This document shows positions 48,780-62,750 of a stretch of DNA of 64,000 nucleotides, piece after piece. The notes below the pieces were generated by a model that was not told where the DNA came from, searched no databases, and worked only from the letters and a program-made list of their open reading frames with translations. The stretch covers positions 310,001 to 374,000 of the forward strand of contig MU053418.1 of the NCBI GenBank assembly GCA_013239625.1, read 5' to 3'. This stretch comes from Lama guanicoe (lineage: Eukaryota). A program made the translations under genes and the position numbers. Positions within the stretch are counted from its first letter, which is position 1. Every line of letters starts with the position of its first letter.

Positions 48780-51700
48780 ATTTTTTTATTTCCCTTTCTG
48801 GTCCCATTTTGAAAAGTTGTATGAGTCTGAATCTTAACATTTATATAGACTTTAACACATACCTGAATATTCAAGTAACCACCACCACCGTCAAGATACT
48901 CAACAGTCCCGTCTCTCCAGAGCATTCCCTCATGCTATGTAGCCCAAGCCTTCCCCTCCCCCAAGCCCCACTAACTACTGTCATGTTGATTTCATCGCCA
49001 CAGCTTTGTCATTTCAAGAATGTCATGTAAGTAGAACAGTACAGCATGTAATCTTTTGAAACTGGCATCATGTCTTTGAGATTTCATCCCAATTGTCCTC
49101 TGTGTCAGTGATGTGTCTCTTTTGATTGCTAAATAGTAACCAGCTGTACAGAGAGACCACAGTTGATTATCCATTCACCAATGGACTGGCATTATGGTTG
49201 TTTCCAGTTTTTGGCAATTATGAATATAACTGCAATAAACATCTGTGTAGAGGTCTTTGGGTAACTAAGTTTTCATTACTCCAGGGTAAAAATATCCAGG
49301 AGTAGGACTCCTGGCTCATACACTTTAAAAGAACTGTCAGACTTTTCCGAAGGAAAGTTTGTTTTTGAAGAATGATTGACTTGTGTGTGTTGAACTTATA
49401 TTCTGTTTTGCATTCCCACCAGCTAGAGGGTATGTAGTAGTACCTCACTGTGGTTTTAAAAAATGTGTATTTGCCTAATGAACAATAATATTGAGCATCT
49501 TTTCATATGCGTATTTGCCTTTCATATACTGTGTCCTCTTTGGTGAAGTTTATGTTCAAGTCTTGTCTACTTTTTATTTGGATCACTTTCTTATTGTTGA
49601 TTTTGAGAATTCTTTATATATTTTGGAAGAAGTCCTTTGTCAGGTGATTTGCAAATACTTTCTCCTAGTCTATAACTGTCTTTTCATTCTCTTAATAATG
49701 TCTTTGCAAAATTTAGACTATTTGTCAAGACTAATGTATTAAGTTTTTAAAATGAATTGTGCATTTGATGTCATGACCAAGAACTCTTTTCCTAACCCCA
49801 GGACATGAAGATTTTCTCCTGTGTTTTCTTCTAAAAGGTTTTAGCTTTATGATTTTAATTTTGAGTTAGCTTTTGTTAAGGTGTGAGATTTAGATTGGGT
49901 TGTTTCTTTAACTTACAGACAACCAGTTGTTTGTAATACCATTTGTGGAAGGGTTATCCTTTCTCCATTGAAATACTTTTGCATCCTTGTCAGAAAGCAG
50001 TTGGGCACATTTGTGAGGGTGTATTTCTGGGCTGTCTGTTCTGTTCCATTGATAGGTCTCTCCCTTTGCCACACAATCTTGATTATCGTAGCTTTACGAT
50101 ACTCTTAAAATTGGGAAGTGTGATTCCTCTAGATGAATTTAGTCTTCTTTTTCAAAATTGTTGCAGCTGTTCTAGGGCCTTTCCCTTTTGGTGTATGTTA
50201 ATAAGCTTGTTTATATTTACCAAAAAATCCTATTGTGGTTTTGAGTGTATTAAAACTATAGATCAATTTGGAGAGAATTAACATCTTTATTCTGTTGAGT
50301 CTTCCAGTCCATGAATGTGGTGTATCTCTCCACTTACTTAGGGCTTTTTGGGTTTCAAATTGTTTACTGCTAGTGTTTTGGGAAATGACTGACTTTTGTG
50401 TGTTGAACTTATATTCCATAACTTTAGTAGACCCATTTATTTGTTAGAGATCTTTTTTAAGGGAGGGTAACAAATTCCTTGGGATGTTATACTTAGACTA
50501 TCATGTTGTCAACAAGTAGAGACAGTTTTTATTCCTTCCTTTCCAACTGTTTGGCCTTTTTTTTCTTTCTTGATGTATTACACTGGCTAGGACTTCCGGT
50601 GTAATGTAGAACTGAAGTGGTGACTGTGGGCATCCTTGCTTTGTTCCCAATTTTTTTTGTAGATGCTTTTTCTCATTTTGAGGAAACTACTTTCTGTGCC
50701 TGGTTCACTGGGAATCTTTATCATCAATGAGTGTTGGATTTTGCCAAATGCTTTTCTGCATCAATTTATATAATCATGTTCCTTGGCGGGAACAGGGAAG
50801 ACTTTCCTGAGTGCTCTCTGCACCTATGCCCACCTCGGGCTGAATTCAGGCCTCCAAGAGTAGGGACAGCTGTGAGCTGCGAGTGAAGGGAAAATGGTAA
50901 AACTCACCACCAGCTCAGTGCTACTTTGAATGATGGTCTCCCGCCCCAATTCTGCTATTATTTGATCTCAAAGTCCTCAAATAGCTTCTCCATGCATTCT
51001 GTTTATCTTTTATAGTTGCATTTCAGTGAGAGACACAGTGAAATGTACCTACTCTGTTTTCCCCTGAATTAAAATTCCCTTTGTTTTTCTCCTTAAAGCA
51101 GATTCCTACAAGTGAGATCCTGGGACCATTTTTTAAAAATGCGTTTTTAATTCTGAAATAGATTCACAGGAAGTTGCCAAAAAGTACAGGAAGTTTCCTT
51201 ATGCCAGTTAGCCAGCTTCCTCCAGTGCTAATGCTGCATAACGGTAATACAGTATCAAAATCAGGAAACTGACCTTGGTACAATCCACAGAGCTTATTCG
51301 GGTCTCATGAGTTATTCATGTACTAATTTGTGTGTGTGCTATTTTGTGCGATATTTTATCACGTGTGATACGTCACAGTGTATCATGTATCACAATCATG
51401 ATACATAACTGTACCATCACTACAAGGCCTCCACACACTACCACTTTATAGCCACGAAGCCCTCACCCCACTCACCCCATCCCTAACTTCTAGCAACTAT
51501 TAACCTGTTTTCGATCTCTTTAACTATATTACTTCACAACTTTGTGGAATCATATAGCATGTGGCTTTTAAAATTGACTCATTTCACTCCGCATCATTTT
51601 CTTGAGTTCATCCAAGTTGTCACAAGTGTCTACAGTCCCTTCCTTCTTGATGCTGGATGGTATTCCACAACATCTGTTACATTCTACAGTTTGTTCAGCA

Positions 51701-52370
51701 TTCACCATTGAAAGACACTTGACTAGTTCCCAGTTTGGGGCTATTACAAATAAGGCTGCTCTGAACATTCATGAATAAGATGCTGTGTAAAAAATTAGTT
51801 TGCATTTCTTCAGTATAAATGCCCAAGATTGCATTTTCTGGGTCAAGTGGTAAGTCCATTTTTAGTTTTAAAAGGAACTGCCAAACTGTTTTCCAGAGTG
51901 GCTGAACCATTTTACATCCTCACCAGCAATGCTTTGGTTCTCTGCATCCTTGGGAGCATTTGGCGTTATCACTTTTTAAAGCCATTCTAATGATAAGTAG
52001 TCATAATTTGTTGGGGTTCTAATTCACACTTCTCTAATGGCTAATGGGATTGACCATCTTTTCATGTGCTTATTTGCCATCTGTGTATCCTCTTTGGTCA
52101 AATATCAGTTCATGTCTTTTGTACATTTTCAATTTTGTTTATTTAATGTTGGCTTCTAGGAGTTCTTTGTAAATTCTAGACATAAGTTCTTTGTTAGTTT
52201 TGTGATTTACAAGTATTTTATCCCATCTGAAATTTGTCTTTTCACCATCTTAACAGGACCTTTTGTAGATTAAAAAAAAAAACAATTAATTTTGATGAAG
52301 GTGGTCCATTTATCAATTTCTCCTTTTATGGACTATACTTTTTGGTGTTAAATCTAAGAACTCTTTGCCT
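48780..52370 (-). mobile_element. Two or more L1 fragments (3' UTR and ORF2 end)
   Basis: Minus-strand ORFs with L1 ORF2 C-terminal motifs (VQPLWKTVWQFL, KWRDTPHSWTGRLN, FRAALFVIAPNW). Confidence 0.85.
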
Positions 52371-52384
52371 AGTCTCTCCCCTCC

Positions 52385-52506
52385 CCTTCTGCCAGTACCT
52401 TGATCTTGGACTTCTCAGCCTCCAGAACTGTAAGAAAGAAATTTCTGTTGTTTAAGCCACCCAGTTTATGGTATTTTTGTTTTAGGAGACCAAATGGACT
52501 AAGACA
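52385..52506 (+). mobile_element. MLT1 LTR 3' end
   Basis: ccttgatcttggacttctcagcctccagaactgtaaga...tgtttaagccacccagtttatggtattt...actaagaca. Confidence 0.85.
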
Positions 52507-53969
52507 ATGGGAGGTAAAAAGAAAACCCAGGAGCTCAGTGCAGTGTCATCCCTCAAGTCCTCTGCTTCCCGGCTAGTCTGCCTTCCTCCTTCCACCTTAG
52601 AGATTCCTTTCATGCTTGTCTGTCAGATGATTTCCAGTGCATTTAGTTATATTTAGAGGGAAGAAGTAGGAACAGGTGAGTGTACAGCATCTTGTCACGG
52701 AATGCCCTGTCAAGCATCTGGAACATGTCGCCGCCATGTCTGTCCCCTGGGAAAGCCGTAACAATTCAGACCTCACCAGAATTGTATGCATCCACTTTCT
52801 TCAACCATGAAAACATCTGTTGTGATTTGTGTTTTTAAATTTTGCTTTTGTTCCTAATAATATGACTAATTAATATGGAACGCTGACTCTAGTCTGTGAA
52901 CCCAAAGCTTGGAGATGCCACAAAAGGGATGATTAGTTGACAGATCCCAGAACAAAGACAAAAATCCCCAGGGAGGCAGAGCCCAGTGGGGTGTGTGAGG
53001 GGAGGGGAGGTGCATTGGAGAGTGGAAACGGCTACTCAGCCTACCCAGGGCCAGGCTGGAGCAGCTCCACTTCTGCCTGTACCGCCCTGAGGTCACTGCC
53101 TGCCCAGGGCTGCGCCCATGAGGAAGAGACCCTATACTAGACACAGGCGTCCAGGCAATGCCAGAGCAACCCAGAAGCTACCTGGAGTGAGCGCCACACC
53201 ACCTGGGCAGGTAGCTGGCTACCTCCCCATCCTAGAGGACAATCAATTGCAGTGCAGGTTGACAGCCCCTGGACAGAGACAGCACCCAGGCTGGAAGGAC
53301 AGGGAAGTTCCCTTAGGGCCAGAGTGGCCCCGAGGTGATGAGCAGAAAGCGGAGAATAAGCCAGGTTATCTCACCCCACGCTCTGCCCTGCGGAGTGCCC
53401 TGCCCGCCTTCCCTAAAGGTATCTGGGAGGTGCTGCCAGGGGCCAAGGCTCCCCATTCCTCCTCCCTAGTGTACTTGACCAGCTATGGTGGCTGACCTTC
53501 CTCAAGGAAAGTGAGCAGCTGTAGGAAAAAATGAGACAAGAGAGAAGAGGAAGCTCTGAGAGGGAAAGACCACAAACTGAACACCAGAGGGAGCAGGTAA
53601 ATAGACAAGACAGCAAAAGCATTTATATGCGCATAATAAATACCCTCAAGAGGATATTGGAAATACGAGGCTAGATGAGGCAGTTATGAAGAAGAAACAA
53701 CTAGGGATAATGGGCGTGAAAAATGTAAGTGCCTGAAATGATTAACTAGATGGGAGGGCTAGAGGGCAGAAGAACAAATGAACGAAGGGATATCAGGCTG
53801 GGGGCTCTTCTAGAAGACACAAGGAGGGGGCCAATGAGACGGAGAATTAAGGAGGGATGGGGGTGAGAACGGAAAACGTTCACATTTATCTAATATGAGT
53901 GCCAGGAAGAGAGGAAAAGATAGACAGATAAGAGGAAATATTTGAAAAATAACAGAATTTTCCCATTTC

Positions 53970-54450
53970 CAGGTCTTGCCAGTGATGCATGTGTTCAATG
54001 CTTCTAAGTTTTGCCAGTCTGGTGGATACAAGAAATTTTTCATTATTGCTTAAATTTGCATTTTTATTAGATAACCAGAAGGCTTTGGCGTCTTTTCAAG
54101 TTTTTATTGGCCATTCTCATATCTTCTGTAATTTGTGCATATTCTTTGCTCATTTTTCTGTTGGGTTCTTGGCCATATTGATTTTGTAAAAGCTCCTTAT
54201 ATATTCTGATATAAATCCTGTGGCTGCTTATAAATCTTATAAATATTTTTCTCTAGCATGACATTTGTCTTTTGACAAGTCCATGATGCCTTTCTTTGTA
54301 CAGAGGTTTTAAATGTCCATACAATAAAATCTGGTATTTTCCCTTTATTTGAGGTTTTGTGTCCTGTTTGGGTGAGTCATTCCTACCTTTTTAACTACAA
54401 AAATGACTCTATTTAAAAATCCTCCTATTATAAAAAAAATCTTTCTATAA
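53970..54450 (-). mobile_element. Old L1 ORF2 3' fragment
   Basis: ttttgccagtctg...aatttgcattt...ttattggccattc...ttgctcatttttctgttggg. Confidence 0.6.
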
Positions 54451-55639
54451 GTTTTCTAAATGTTCAGTTTTTATTCTTTAGCTTAAAATACTAAATTAGT
54501 AATTATTAAAGTATGACAGCTTCTCAAATTAATATTATCAAGCGATTTATTACAGGTTTTATTTACTTTTATTGATTGACCTACATTTAGTTTAATTATT
54601 TTGAAGTACTACATGAATATATTTAGCTTGTAAACATTCCAACAACATAAGAAGAGTGTCAAAAGAATGCGTTTTCTCTTTAACTTCCTCGCAAACTCTC
54701 TGCTTCACAGTTCGCTGCGCTGATCCATCTGATGTGTACTGTCCAGATCTCTTTCAGACACTTACATTCATGTATATTTCTCTTCCTCCGTGTGGTCTTT
54801 AAAAAAACACAAATAGGGTTGTTTTGTTCAGAAGATTTCTGTTTTTAACTATTATATGTGTTTCAGGTGGGTCTTTCAGTATCATTGCAGTGTGTGCATG
54901 GGTGTGCGCCTGTGTGCAACGTGCAGATTGTGTGTGTGTGTGTGTGTACGTGTGATCCTTGTTCGGTTTGTTAATCCTGTGGAAAGAACTGGGGAGCTTC
55001 TCATTTTCTCCTGCGCCTTGGTAACATCCGTAACGGTGATCCCCTGTCCCTGGAGGCAAATGGAGCCCCTCGAATCTCTTCGTTACCTTTTTAGTTCTGT
55101 TTATTATTGTTCATTGGCTCTCGTCGTGTCTTACCAGGGAACCACCCTCCTGCCCTCGCCTGTAGTGAGCTCAGTGGGCGGGAGTCGCAGGGGGGAGATG
55201 CATTTCGCCTGGGTTGGGGTGGGGGTCCCACCTCTGTTGTAGCAGCTGAGACACTGCCCACTTGCCTGCTTCAAGATAGCTCTTGTTGGCCAACTGGCTC
55301 CCAACTGGCCTGGGCTCCTGGCCCGCCCACTGTGTGGAAATGGTCCGAGCAGGGATGAGGAGGAAGGCAGTTTCCTGCAAGGGCGCCAGGGCTCCCCGGG
55401 GGGCCCTGCTGCTCTGACACCAGAGTGTCGGCAAGTCCTACACCCCTTCCTGAGAGCAGGCAGTTCTCCTCCTCAGGGGGCTCTCAGGGTGCCCCCCTCA
55501 GCCTGCAGCCCAGTCTCTCTTGCACTCCATTTTACCCTGCTCCTTCACCTCTTCATCCTCTGTTTTCCCACACCAGCTCACAGCTTCCCTGAGGTTTCTG
55601 AGAGCCGATGCTAGCGTGGTGCGGAGTGTGGATTTTTTT

Positions 55640-56123
55640 TAAAGCAGAGGCTTGAACAGATATTTACACACTCATGTTCACAGCAGCCTTATTCCCAATA
55701 GCCAAAAATTAGAAGCACCCTTCAGTAGATGAAGGGAGAAACAAAATGGAATATGACAGCCTTAAAAAAGAGGAAGAAGATTCCGACATTTGCTACAAGA
55801 TGGATGAACCTTGAAAATATTATGCTTAGTATAATAAGCCGGACACAACAGGATAAATTCTATGTGATTCCACTTATGTGAGGTACCTTTAGAAAAGACA
55901 AATTCAAAGGAATAGAAAATAGAACAGTGGTTGCCAGGGGCCGGGGGACGGGAGAGTCCGGGGTTGTCTCATGAGCTGGGGTTTCAGTTTGGGAAAGTGA
56001 AAAAGTGCTGGAGGTGGACAGCGCTGGTGGTTGCACAATATTGTGAATGTACTTAATGCCACTAAAATGGTTAAATGGAAAGTTTTATGTTATGTATATT
56101 TTACCACAACTGAAAAAAAAAAA
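55640..56123 (+). mobile_element. L1MB-type 3' end with poly-A tail, inserted into a MIR (MIR continues about 56125-56320)
   Basis: acagatatttacacactcatgttcacagcagcc...gatgaaccttgaaaatattatgct...atgtgattccacttatgtgaggtacc...atattttaccacaac + A11; degenerate TSD gtgtggattt / gcatggattt. Confidence 0.85.
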
Positions 56124-56559
56124 GGCATGGATTTAGGAGCCAGTCTGCATATTTCAAATCCTGCCTTGGCCACCAAGTCGCACAGCCCTAAGCAGGTTAC
56201 GAAACCTCCTTGTGCCTCAGTCCTCATCCACACAGTGGGAATCCTAGTGCCTTAAAGCATGGCTCTGGGGCGCGGGTAACACGGGCAGAGCTGTTAGCGG
56301 TCCTGGCCCAGTGTTAGCTGCTACCTGGGCTGGGCTCCTCCCTGGGGGTGGGCACTGCCAGAAGGGAGCTCAGTTTACCGTCTTGTTTATCCCCAGCCTT
56401 CTTCCAGGAGGGCTTAGCCATGCTTCTCCTCCCGGCCAGGCCTCAGCACCCCTCCCCTGCCCATCGCGCCCTGCTTGTTCCTTGACCCCCAGTAACATCT
56501 TGTCCATGCTCAGCTCTAGACTGGCCTCTCCCAGCTCCTGACCACTGGCGTCCCCAGTT

Positions 56560-57360
56560 CCCGGTGGGCTCGGCGCAGGCGTCCATCTTCTGTCACCTAA
56601 CACGTTACTGCATCTGTTTGCGGAGACACCTGCTTCTCCCACTGGATGTTAAGTCCCGGACAAGGTCCTCGGCTGTGGCTGACCGGATCCCCGGGGTCCT
56701 CCGGGGTCCTCCGCTGCTGCAGCCAGCCTGCCCGGCTCTGCAGGGCAGCCCCTCTCCCAGGAACCGACCACGGTGTCACAACCCTTGCTGCCCTAACACC
56801 CAGCCCTGCTGCCGGGCCAGCAAATGCTGTGGGACTGGGCAGGACGCGTGTTCTCCTCTGGGCGTCGTAGTTTCCCCATGCATAATGTAAACAAACGAGG
56901 TCGTCGTAGCTCTGATCCCGTGTGCCTTTCGGATGGTAAGCGGTGTGGGGTCGGTGTAAGCCTAGAGGGGCCACCCAGTGAGAGCGAGTGTGCGGGCACG
57001 CGTGCGAGTGCGGGTGAGAGTGTGTTCGAGTGCGCCGCGCGCACGTGCGTGTATAGGTGCGCGTCTGTGTGCTCAAAGAGAGGACGGCCCTTCCTCCAAG
57101 CAAAGCGGGAGACTCTTTCTCTTACCCCCCTGGGGGGATAGAGGAAAGGACGAGGATGGTTCGGTGAAGAGCGGTGGGGGTCGCTCTTCCCGGGATGCGC
57201 GCGCCGCGGGGCTCGGGCTGCGCTCCCCGCCCTTGTCCCCGGGAGCTACACGCAGGGGCCAGGAGGGGGCGCCGCAGACAAGCAAACGCGCGGGGACGGC
57301 AGGCGGGCCTTCTGACTGCCGGGGAGGTGCAGCCCTCGACGCTGAGCCATGCCTGCGGAT
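56560..57360. promoter_or_regulatory. CpG island with no recognisable coding gene (putative lncRNA promoter or enhancer)
   Basis: High GC and CpG density, not repeat-like; E-box CACGTG 57042-57047, forkhead GTAAACA 56887-56893, GC box ccccgccc near 57225, donor-like ATG|gtaagc at 56935. Confidence 0.7.
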
Positions 57361-58379
57361 GACAAAGAGATTATTAGTCACGACAATGATGGTTTACTTA
57401 GCACTTATGTGTCCAGGCATTGGGCTGACTGCATAACATACGTTGTCCCATTTTATTGCTCCAACATTTGAAACTCTGTATTTTTGGAAATCTGTTATTA
57501 AAAAATGCCCGGAGTTGAGTTAAAAGTACTAAAGACCTGAGCTCTGCTACTCGATAGTTGTGTGACTTTGGTCTTTCAGCCTGAGATTCTTCTACATAAA
57601 ATAGATTTTTTTCAGCATAACTGTATGTGTGCCCATGCACACAGGTGTGTGCTCATGCCTGTGTTTCCATGAACGTGTCTCTGTGTGTGCGCTTGCACGT
57701 GTACGTTAAGTCTCCCAGGGTTGGAGTTTTAAGAGTCACAAGGAGATGCCAGGAAGGAAGTGGACACTAGGAATTTGGTGCCCAGGAGGGAAGCCACGTT
57801 CCAGATGCACCGTGGGGTCATGTTTTGGGGCAAGAGGCTCAGAGCCTGCTTCTGGTCAGGAAAGAGGAGGGTAGGGGCTGGACCAGGGCCGCCCTGTGCT
57901 TCAGGGGAGCACGACTGAGAAGATGGCGAGAGTGGTTGGAGAAGGGAGTGGAAATAGGGGGCACCGAGGAGTGCATAGGCTGCCAGGAGGGCATCTTGGC
58001 ACCTGGACTAAGGCTGTCCCTTGAGGAGGCTGCTGTTGGCATTGTGCTTGCGGGACAGAACAGAAGCCCTGGAAGGAGGCCCAGGCAGTATGGACAAGTG
58101 GGCATAAAACAATGATGGTGCCACTTGAAGGCACCACTGAAGCAGGAAGGAGATGGGTTATTCAACAGGCGTGGTTGGGACAACTAGTTAATCCACTGAA
58201 AAAACATAAAGTCACTCCTCACACTATGGTTTTAAATAAATTTCAGATGTATTAAACCTTTAAATGTCAAAAAGAGGGAAACCTAAAAGAAAAGGCTTAT
58301 GAGCAGGTGGCTAATTTGGGCTGATCCCAGGAAGCATGGGTTAGGGAGTGAGGACGGGCAAGGGCGGCCGAGATGCTGG

Positions 58380-61300
58380 GGTATTTCTCAGTTTTTGTGC
58401 ATATACTATGTATCTTCATTATGGTCTTTATTACTCTCTTCCCTCTGTTAGCTCTGGATTTAGTTCTTTTATTTTTATAGTTCTATAAAATGTAAAATTA
58501 TCTTATTTATTTGAGATCTTTCTTCTTATTTAGTATACTGTTTATAGCTCTACATTTTCCCTCTTGTCACCACTTTTGCTGCATCTCATATGTTTTGATA
58601 TGTTGAGTTTTTATTTTCATTTGTCTCATGGTATTTTTAAATTTTTCTTGTCATTTCTTCCTTGATCTATTGGTGGTTTAAAATTCTATTGTCTAATATT
58701 CACATATTTTTGGATTCTCCAGGTTTCCTTCTATTGGTGACTTCTCACTTCGTTCCTTTGTTGGAAAAGACACTTAGATGATTTCCATCTTTTAGAATTT
58801 CTTTGGACTTACACTGTGGCCTAACGCATGATCTACTGAGGAGAATATTCCGTGTGCACTTGAAGAAAACCTGCATTCTGTTATTGTTAGCTACAGTATT
58901 CTGTGCAAATCTGTTATGTGCAATTGGTTTATAGGGTTGTTCACATTCTCTCTTACTTTATTTCTCTATTTCCTAATATTACTGTCATGTTGTTCTACCC
59001 TTATTGAAAGTTTGGCAATGAAGTCTTCAGCTTTTGTTGTAAATCTGTCTACTTCTCTCTGAAATTCTTATAGTTGCCTCTTAAATTTTGATATTCTAGC
59101 ATTTGGTGCATATCTGTTTAAAATTGTTATATTTTCTTGTTGAATTGACCCTTCTATAAATGTAATGTAATGCCTTTCTTTGCCTTTTATAACAGTTTTT
59201 CACTTAAAGTCTACATCTAATATAGTCACCCCAGCTGTCTTTGGGTTTCTGTTTGCACGGAATATGAATCCTTCCTTTCCTTTCCTTAGTGTCCTTGCAT
59301 CAGAGTAAGTCTCTTGTAGACGGCATGCATATAAAATTTTTTTTTTTTTTAAATCCATTCTGCCAAGCTATGTTGTTTGGAGAGTTTAATCCATTTACAT
59401 TTGAAGTAATTACTACATGGAAGGGCTTCTGCCACTTTGTGATTTGTTTTCCTATGTCTTCTAGCTTTTTGTTCCTTATGGTCTTCATTTCTACCTACTT
59501 ATATATTTACTAGATTATTTTGTAGTGACAGGTTTTGATTTTCTTATTTCCTTTGTGTGTATTCTATTATAGATATTTTCTCCGTAATTACATAGGCATT
59601 AACTTGGTAAATGCCTGTGGTAAAGTTTAACAGTGGTAAAGTAACAGGGTAGAGTTTAACAATCTTATTAGAATTGAACTATCTTAACTTCAATCACAGA
59701 CAAAAACTCTCCTCTTACACTGATGGACATACTATCCCCCTTTGTGTTATCAGTGTCACAAATTACAGTACCTACTGTGCCCAAAACATTGATTTATAGT
59801 GACTTTAATGATTAAACTCTGTAGAGAATAAAATATTCATTCAAAAGAAGACTTTAATTATACCAGCTTTTATATTTGCTCATGTATTTTGATAACAGAA
59901 TGTTTTTGTTTATATGACTCCAAGCTGTCATCTGGTGTGCCTCCACTTTAATCACAAAGACTCCTTTTACCATTTCTTACATGGCAGCTTTAGTGGAAAT
60001 TAACTCCTTCAGCATCTGTTTATCTGTGAATACCTTAAATTCTCCCTCACTCATGAAGGACAATTTTGTAGAGTATGACATTCTCAGTTGACTGCATTTT
60101 ATTTTTTGTAGCACTTTAAATATGTTCTCTATTTCCTTCTGGCATCAAAGTTTTATGAAGAAAACCTAGCCTCTTCTGTCTTGTTACTTTCAAGATTCTC
60201 TCTTAGTCTTTGATTATAATGTGTCTGAGTGTGGATCTGTTTATTTTATTGCATTTGGGGTTATCTGGGATTAGTGAAATTGCAGGATCATGTATTTCAA
60301 GTAATTTTGCACATTTTTGACTGTGATTTTTTTTAAAAAGATCTTTCACTCCTTTCTTTTATTTCCTTCTATGATGCACACAATATGTATGTTGGTCTTC
60401 TAACAGGTGTTCTATAGGTCCCTTAGACTCTGACTACTTTTACTCATTCCTTTTCTTTATGCTTCTGACACTCAATAGTATCAATTATCCTATCTTCAAC
60501 TTTGTTGACTCCTTGCTTTGCTTAGTAAAATCTGTTACTGAACCACTCTAATAAAATTTTCAATTTATTATTGCACTTTTCTGCTCCAGAATTTGTGTTT
60601 ATTTTGTTAATAATTTATGTCCTTGTTGATATTTATTTTACTCATGTACTGTTGTCTTGATTCCTCTGCTTCTTTGTCTTTATTTTCCCCTTACCTCTGA
60701 GCATATTTAAGACAGATGCTTTTAAGTGTTTGTCTAGTAAGTCTGATGCCTCGCCTGCTTTGGGAATGGTTTCTCTAATTTGATTTAGTTCTTTTTACTG
60801 AATAATGATCTCCTATTTCTTTGTATGTTTTGTGATTTTTTTGTTGAAAATTAGGATTTTCATAATTGTAATAAAAGTAGAATTCACCACAGCTTACTGG
60901 GTTGCATTTGCTTTTATCTGTTAATGAAGATGTGGGTCATAGTCTGTTTATTCTGAAACTTTTCCAAACCATATTTACAAAGAATATTCCCTGTTGTGTG
61001 TGATCAATGAAGTTTCTGTTCTTTTAGCTCTTATTCAGCAAATGTACAGGTGGAGATTTCCTTGAATGCCAGGATCTGAAACAAACATAAAACCATCACA
61101 GAATTGTACACACACACACACACACACACACCCATACAGAGAGCAGCCACCTCTTTCATTCTTTCGTCCATTCTTTGCAGAATGGTTCTTTGCTGGGGCA
61201 TCCGTTAGCCCTTAGCCAGATTAGCAGTGAACCTAAGGATCGCCTAAGGGGAAAGCTTAAGGTCTTCCCAAGGCTTTCCTGAGGATTCTCCTGACCTGGG

Positions 61301-61700
61301 CACATGTGTCAGCTTCTAAGTTCATCTACATTCACAGCTGCTTTTGAATATCCTAGTTGACTCCAGGCAAGAAAGGAGAGTTTTAGGCAATAATTTGTGA
61401 TTAAGATCTACACTGCTCCCTCTGGATCAAGGACAACATAGAACTGGGCCAGTGGTCAAGACCAAAACTGCCACCATGCCAGGGGAGGAGTGGGGGAAGG
61501 GTGGTGAAATATGCATCAAAACTCTCCTACCTTTTTGAAGTTAGCTGTTTCTTGAATGCGTGTTTGCTTTATCGTTGTAAATGTTTTATCATCTCCTAGA
61601 GCTCATACAAAGTGGGTGCTGACAGCTTACGATTGTTCAATGTATCTACAGGAGAATGAGGGATTCGAGTTTCAGAATCTGCCATTTTGGTGACATCCCC
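58380..61700 (-). mobile_element. Old L1 (L1M-type) 5' half: ORF2 start, ORF1 and 5' UTR
   Basis: Minus ORF VITSNVNGLNSPN (L1 endonuclease N-terminus); gagaatattccgtgtgcacttgaaga; ends ...tctgccattttggtgacatc like L1M 5' termini. Confidence 0.8.
61108..61131. repeat. (AC)n microsatellite
   Basis: About 12 AC units seen directly. Confidence 0.95.
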
Positions 61701-62539
61701 CATGCTGCAAGTTTTTATTTACATTTCAGTGGAAATGCTTGACCATAAATGTAAAATCAAGCAATATTATGTTCATAACAAAAATCTTGAGACTCCTGAC
61801 CCTCTCCACCCCTCATCTGAGCCCACTCCCCAGAGGAGGTGCTTACAAATCTTCCAGATATTTCTTCTGGCATTGTGACCGCGTTTCTAACACCACTGTT
61901 TCCTGATGTTTGAGGTTTACACATTCTCAACTGTGTTTTTGATATGCGGGAGGAAATTTTATCTTTCCTATAACTCAGCTCCCCTGCCTGACCTTGCCCC
62001 AGCCACTCCCATTCTCCTGGCATAGTTATTGCACTAGGATGTTTTGGTCTCAAGCTTTAATAGCAGAGATACACTCAAATTTCTGGTGGTCCTTGTCTTT
62101 CTACTCCCATTTAAGAGTGGGACACTAAAATATGATGGAAGCTCTGTGTGCCAGAAGTCCAAGTCTTCCAAACTGTCTCCTTTCTTTAGACCTGTAGGTC
62201 CCTGTGACATTTTCCACTGCCAAAGCACCCGTGTGCTTCGATAAAAACCTTCCTTCAAAATAATCAACCTTTTCCAGAGAAGGTGGGTGGGTTGAAGACT
62301 CTTTGTTTCCTCTGTATCTTCTTTGCAAAATCCTCTTCACTGAGGGAAAATGCAGATGAGAGGAGTTATGAGAAGGAAAATGGAGAGTGGTGCCAGTAGT
62401 TAGGAAAGGAGCTGCCTTGCACTGAAGCATAGAAGCTCCCACGGAAAAGTCTGCATCGTGGGTGGGTTGACAGTGTCTCATGCTTTGCCGCCCACTATTG
62501 TCACACACAGCAGTGTCACCCAGATCTGCCAAGTTCACA

Positions 62540-62750
62540 GGGTAGAGTAGATTTTGCAGCTAGATCTGGGTTCAGATCCATGCTAGTCATGGAAATTTTG
62601 GAAAATTCCTTGACCTGTGAGAGCTTCCATTTTCTCATCTATAAAATGAGAATAATGATTATATCATAGGATTCTTTTGGAACTGTAAGCCATTCGTGAA
62701 TGTATCTTGTATATACACACTCCATGAATGATAATCCTAGTATTGTTAGA
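62540..62750 (+). mobile_element. MIR SINE
   Basis: agatctgggttcagatcc...ttttctcatctataaaatgagaataat...tcataggatt. Confidence 0.65.

Noticed and set aside
56564..57436. Many overlapping 80-170 aa ORFs in the second CpG island
   Set aside because: Expected by chance in GC-rich DNA; low-complexity R/A/G/P peptides in all frames
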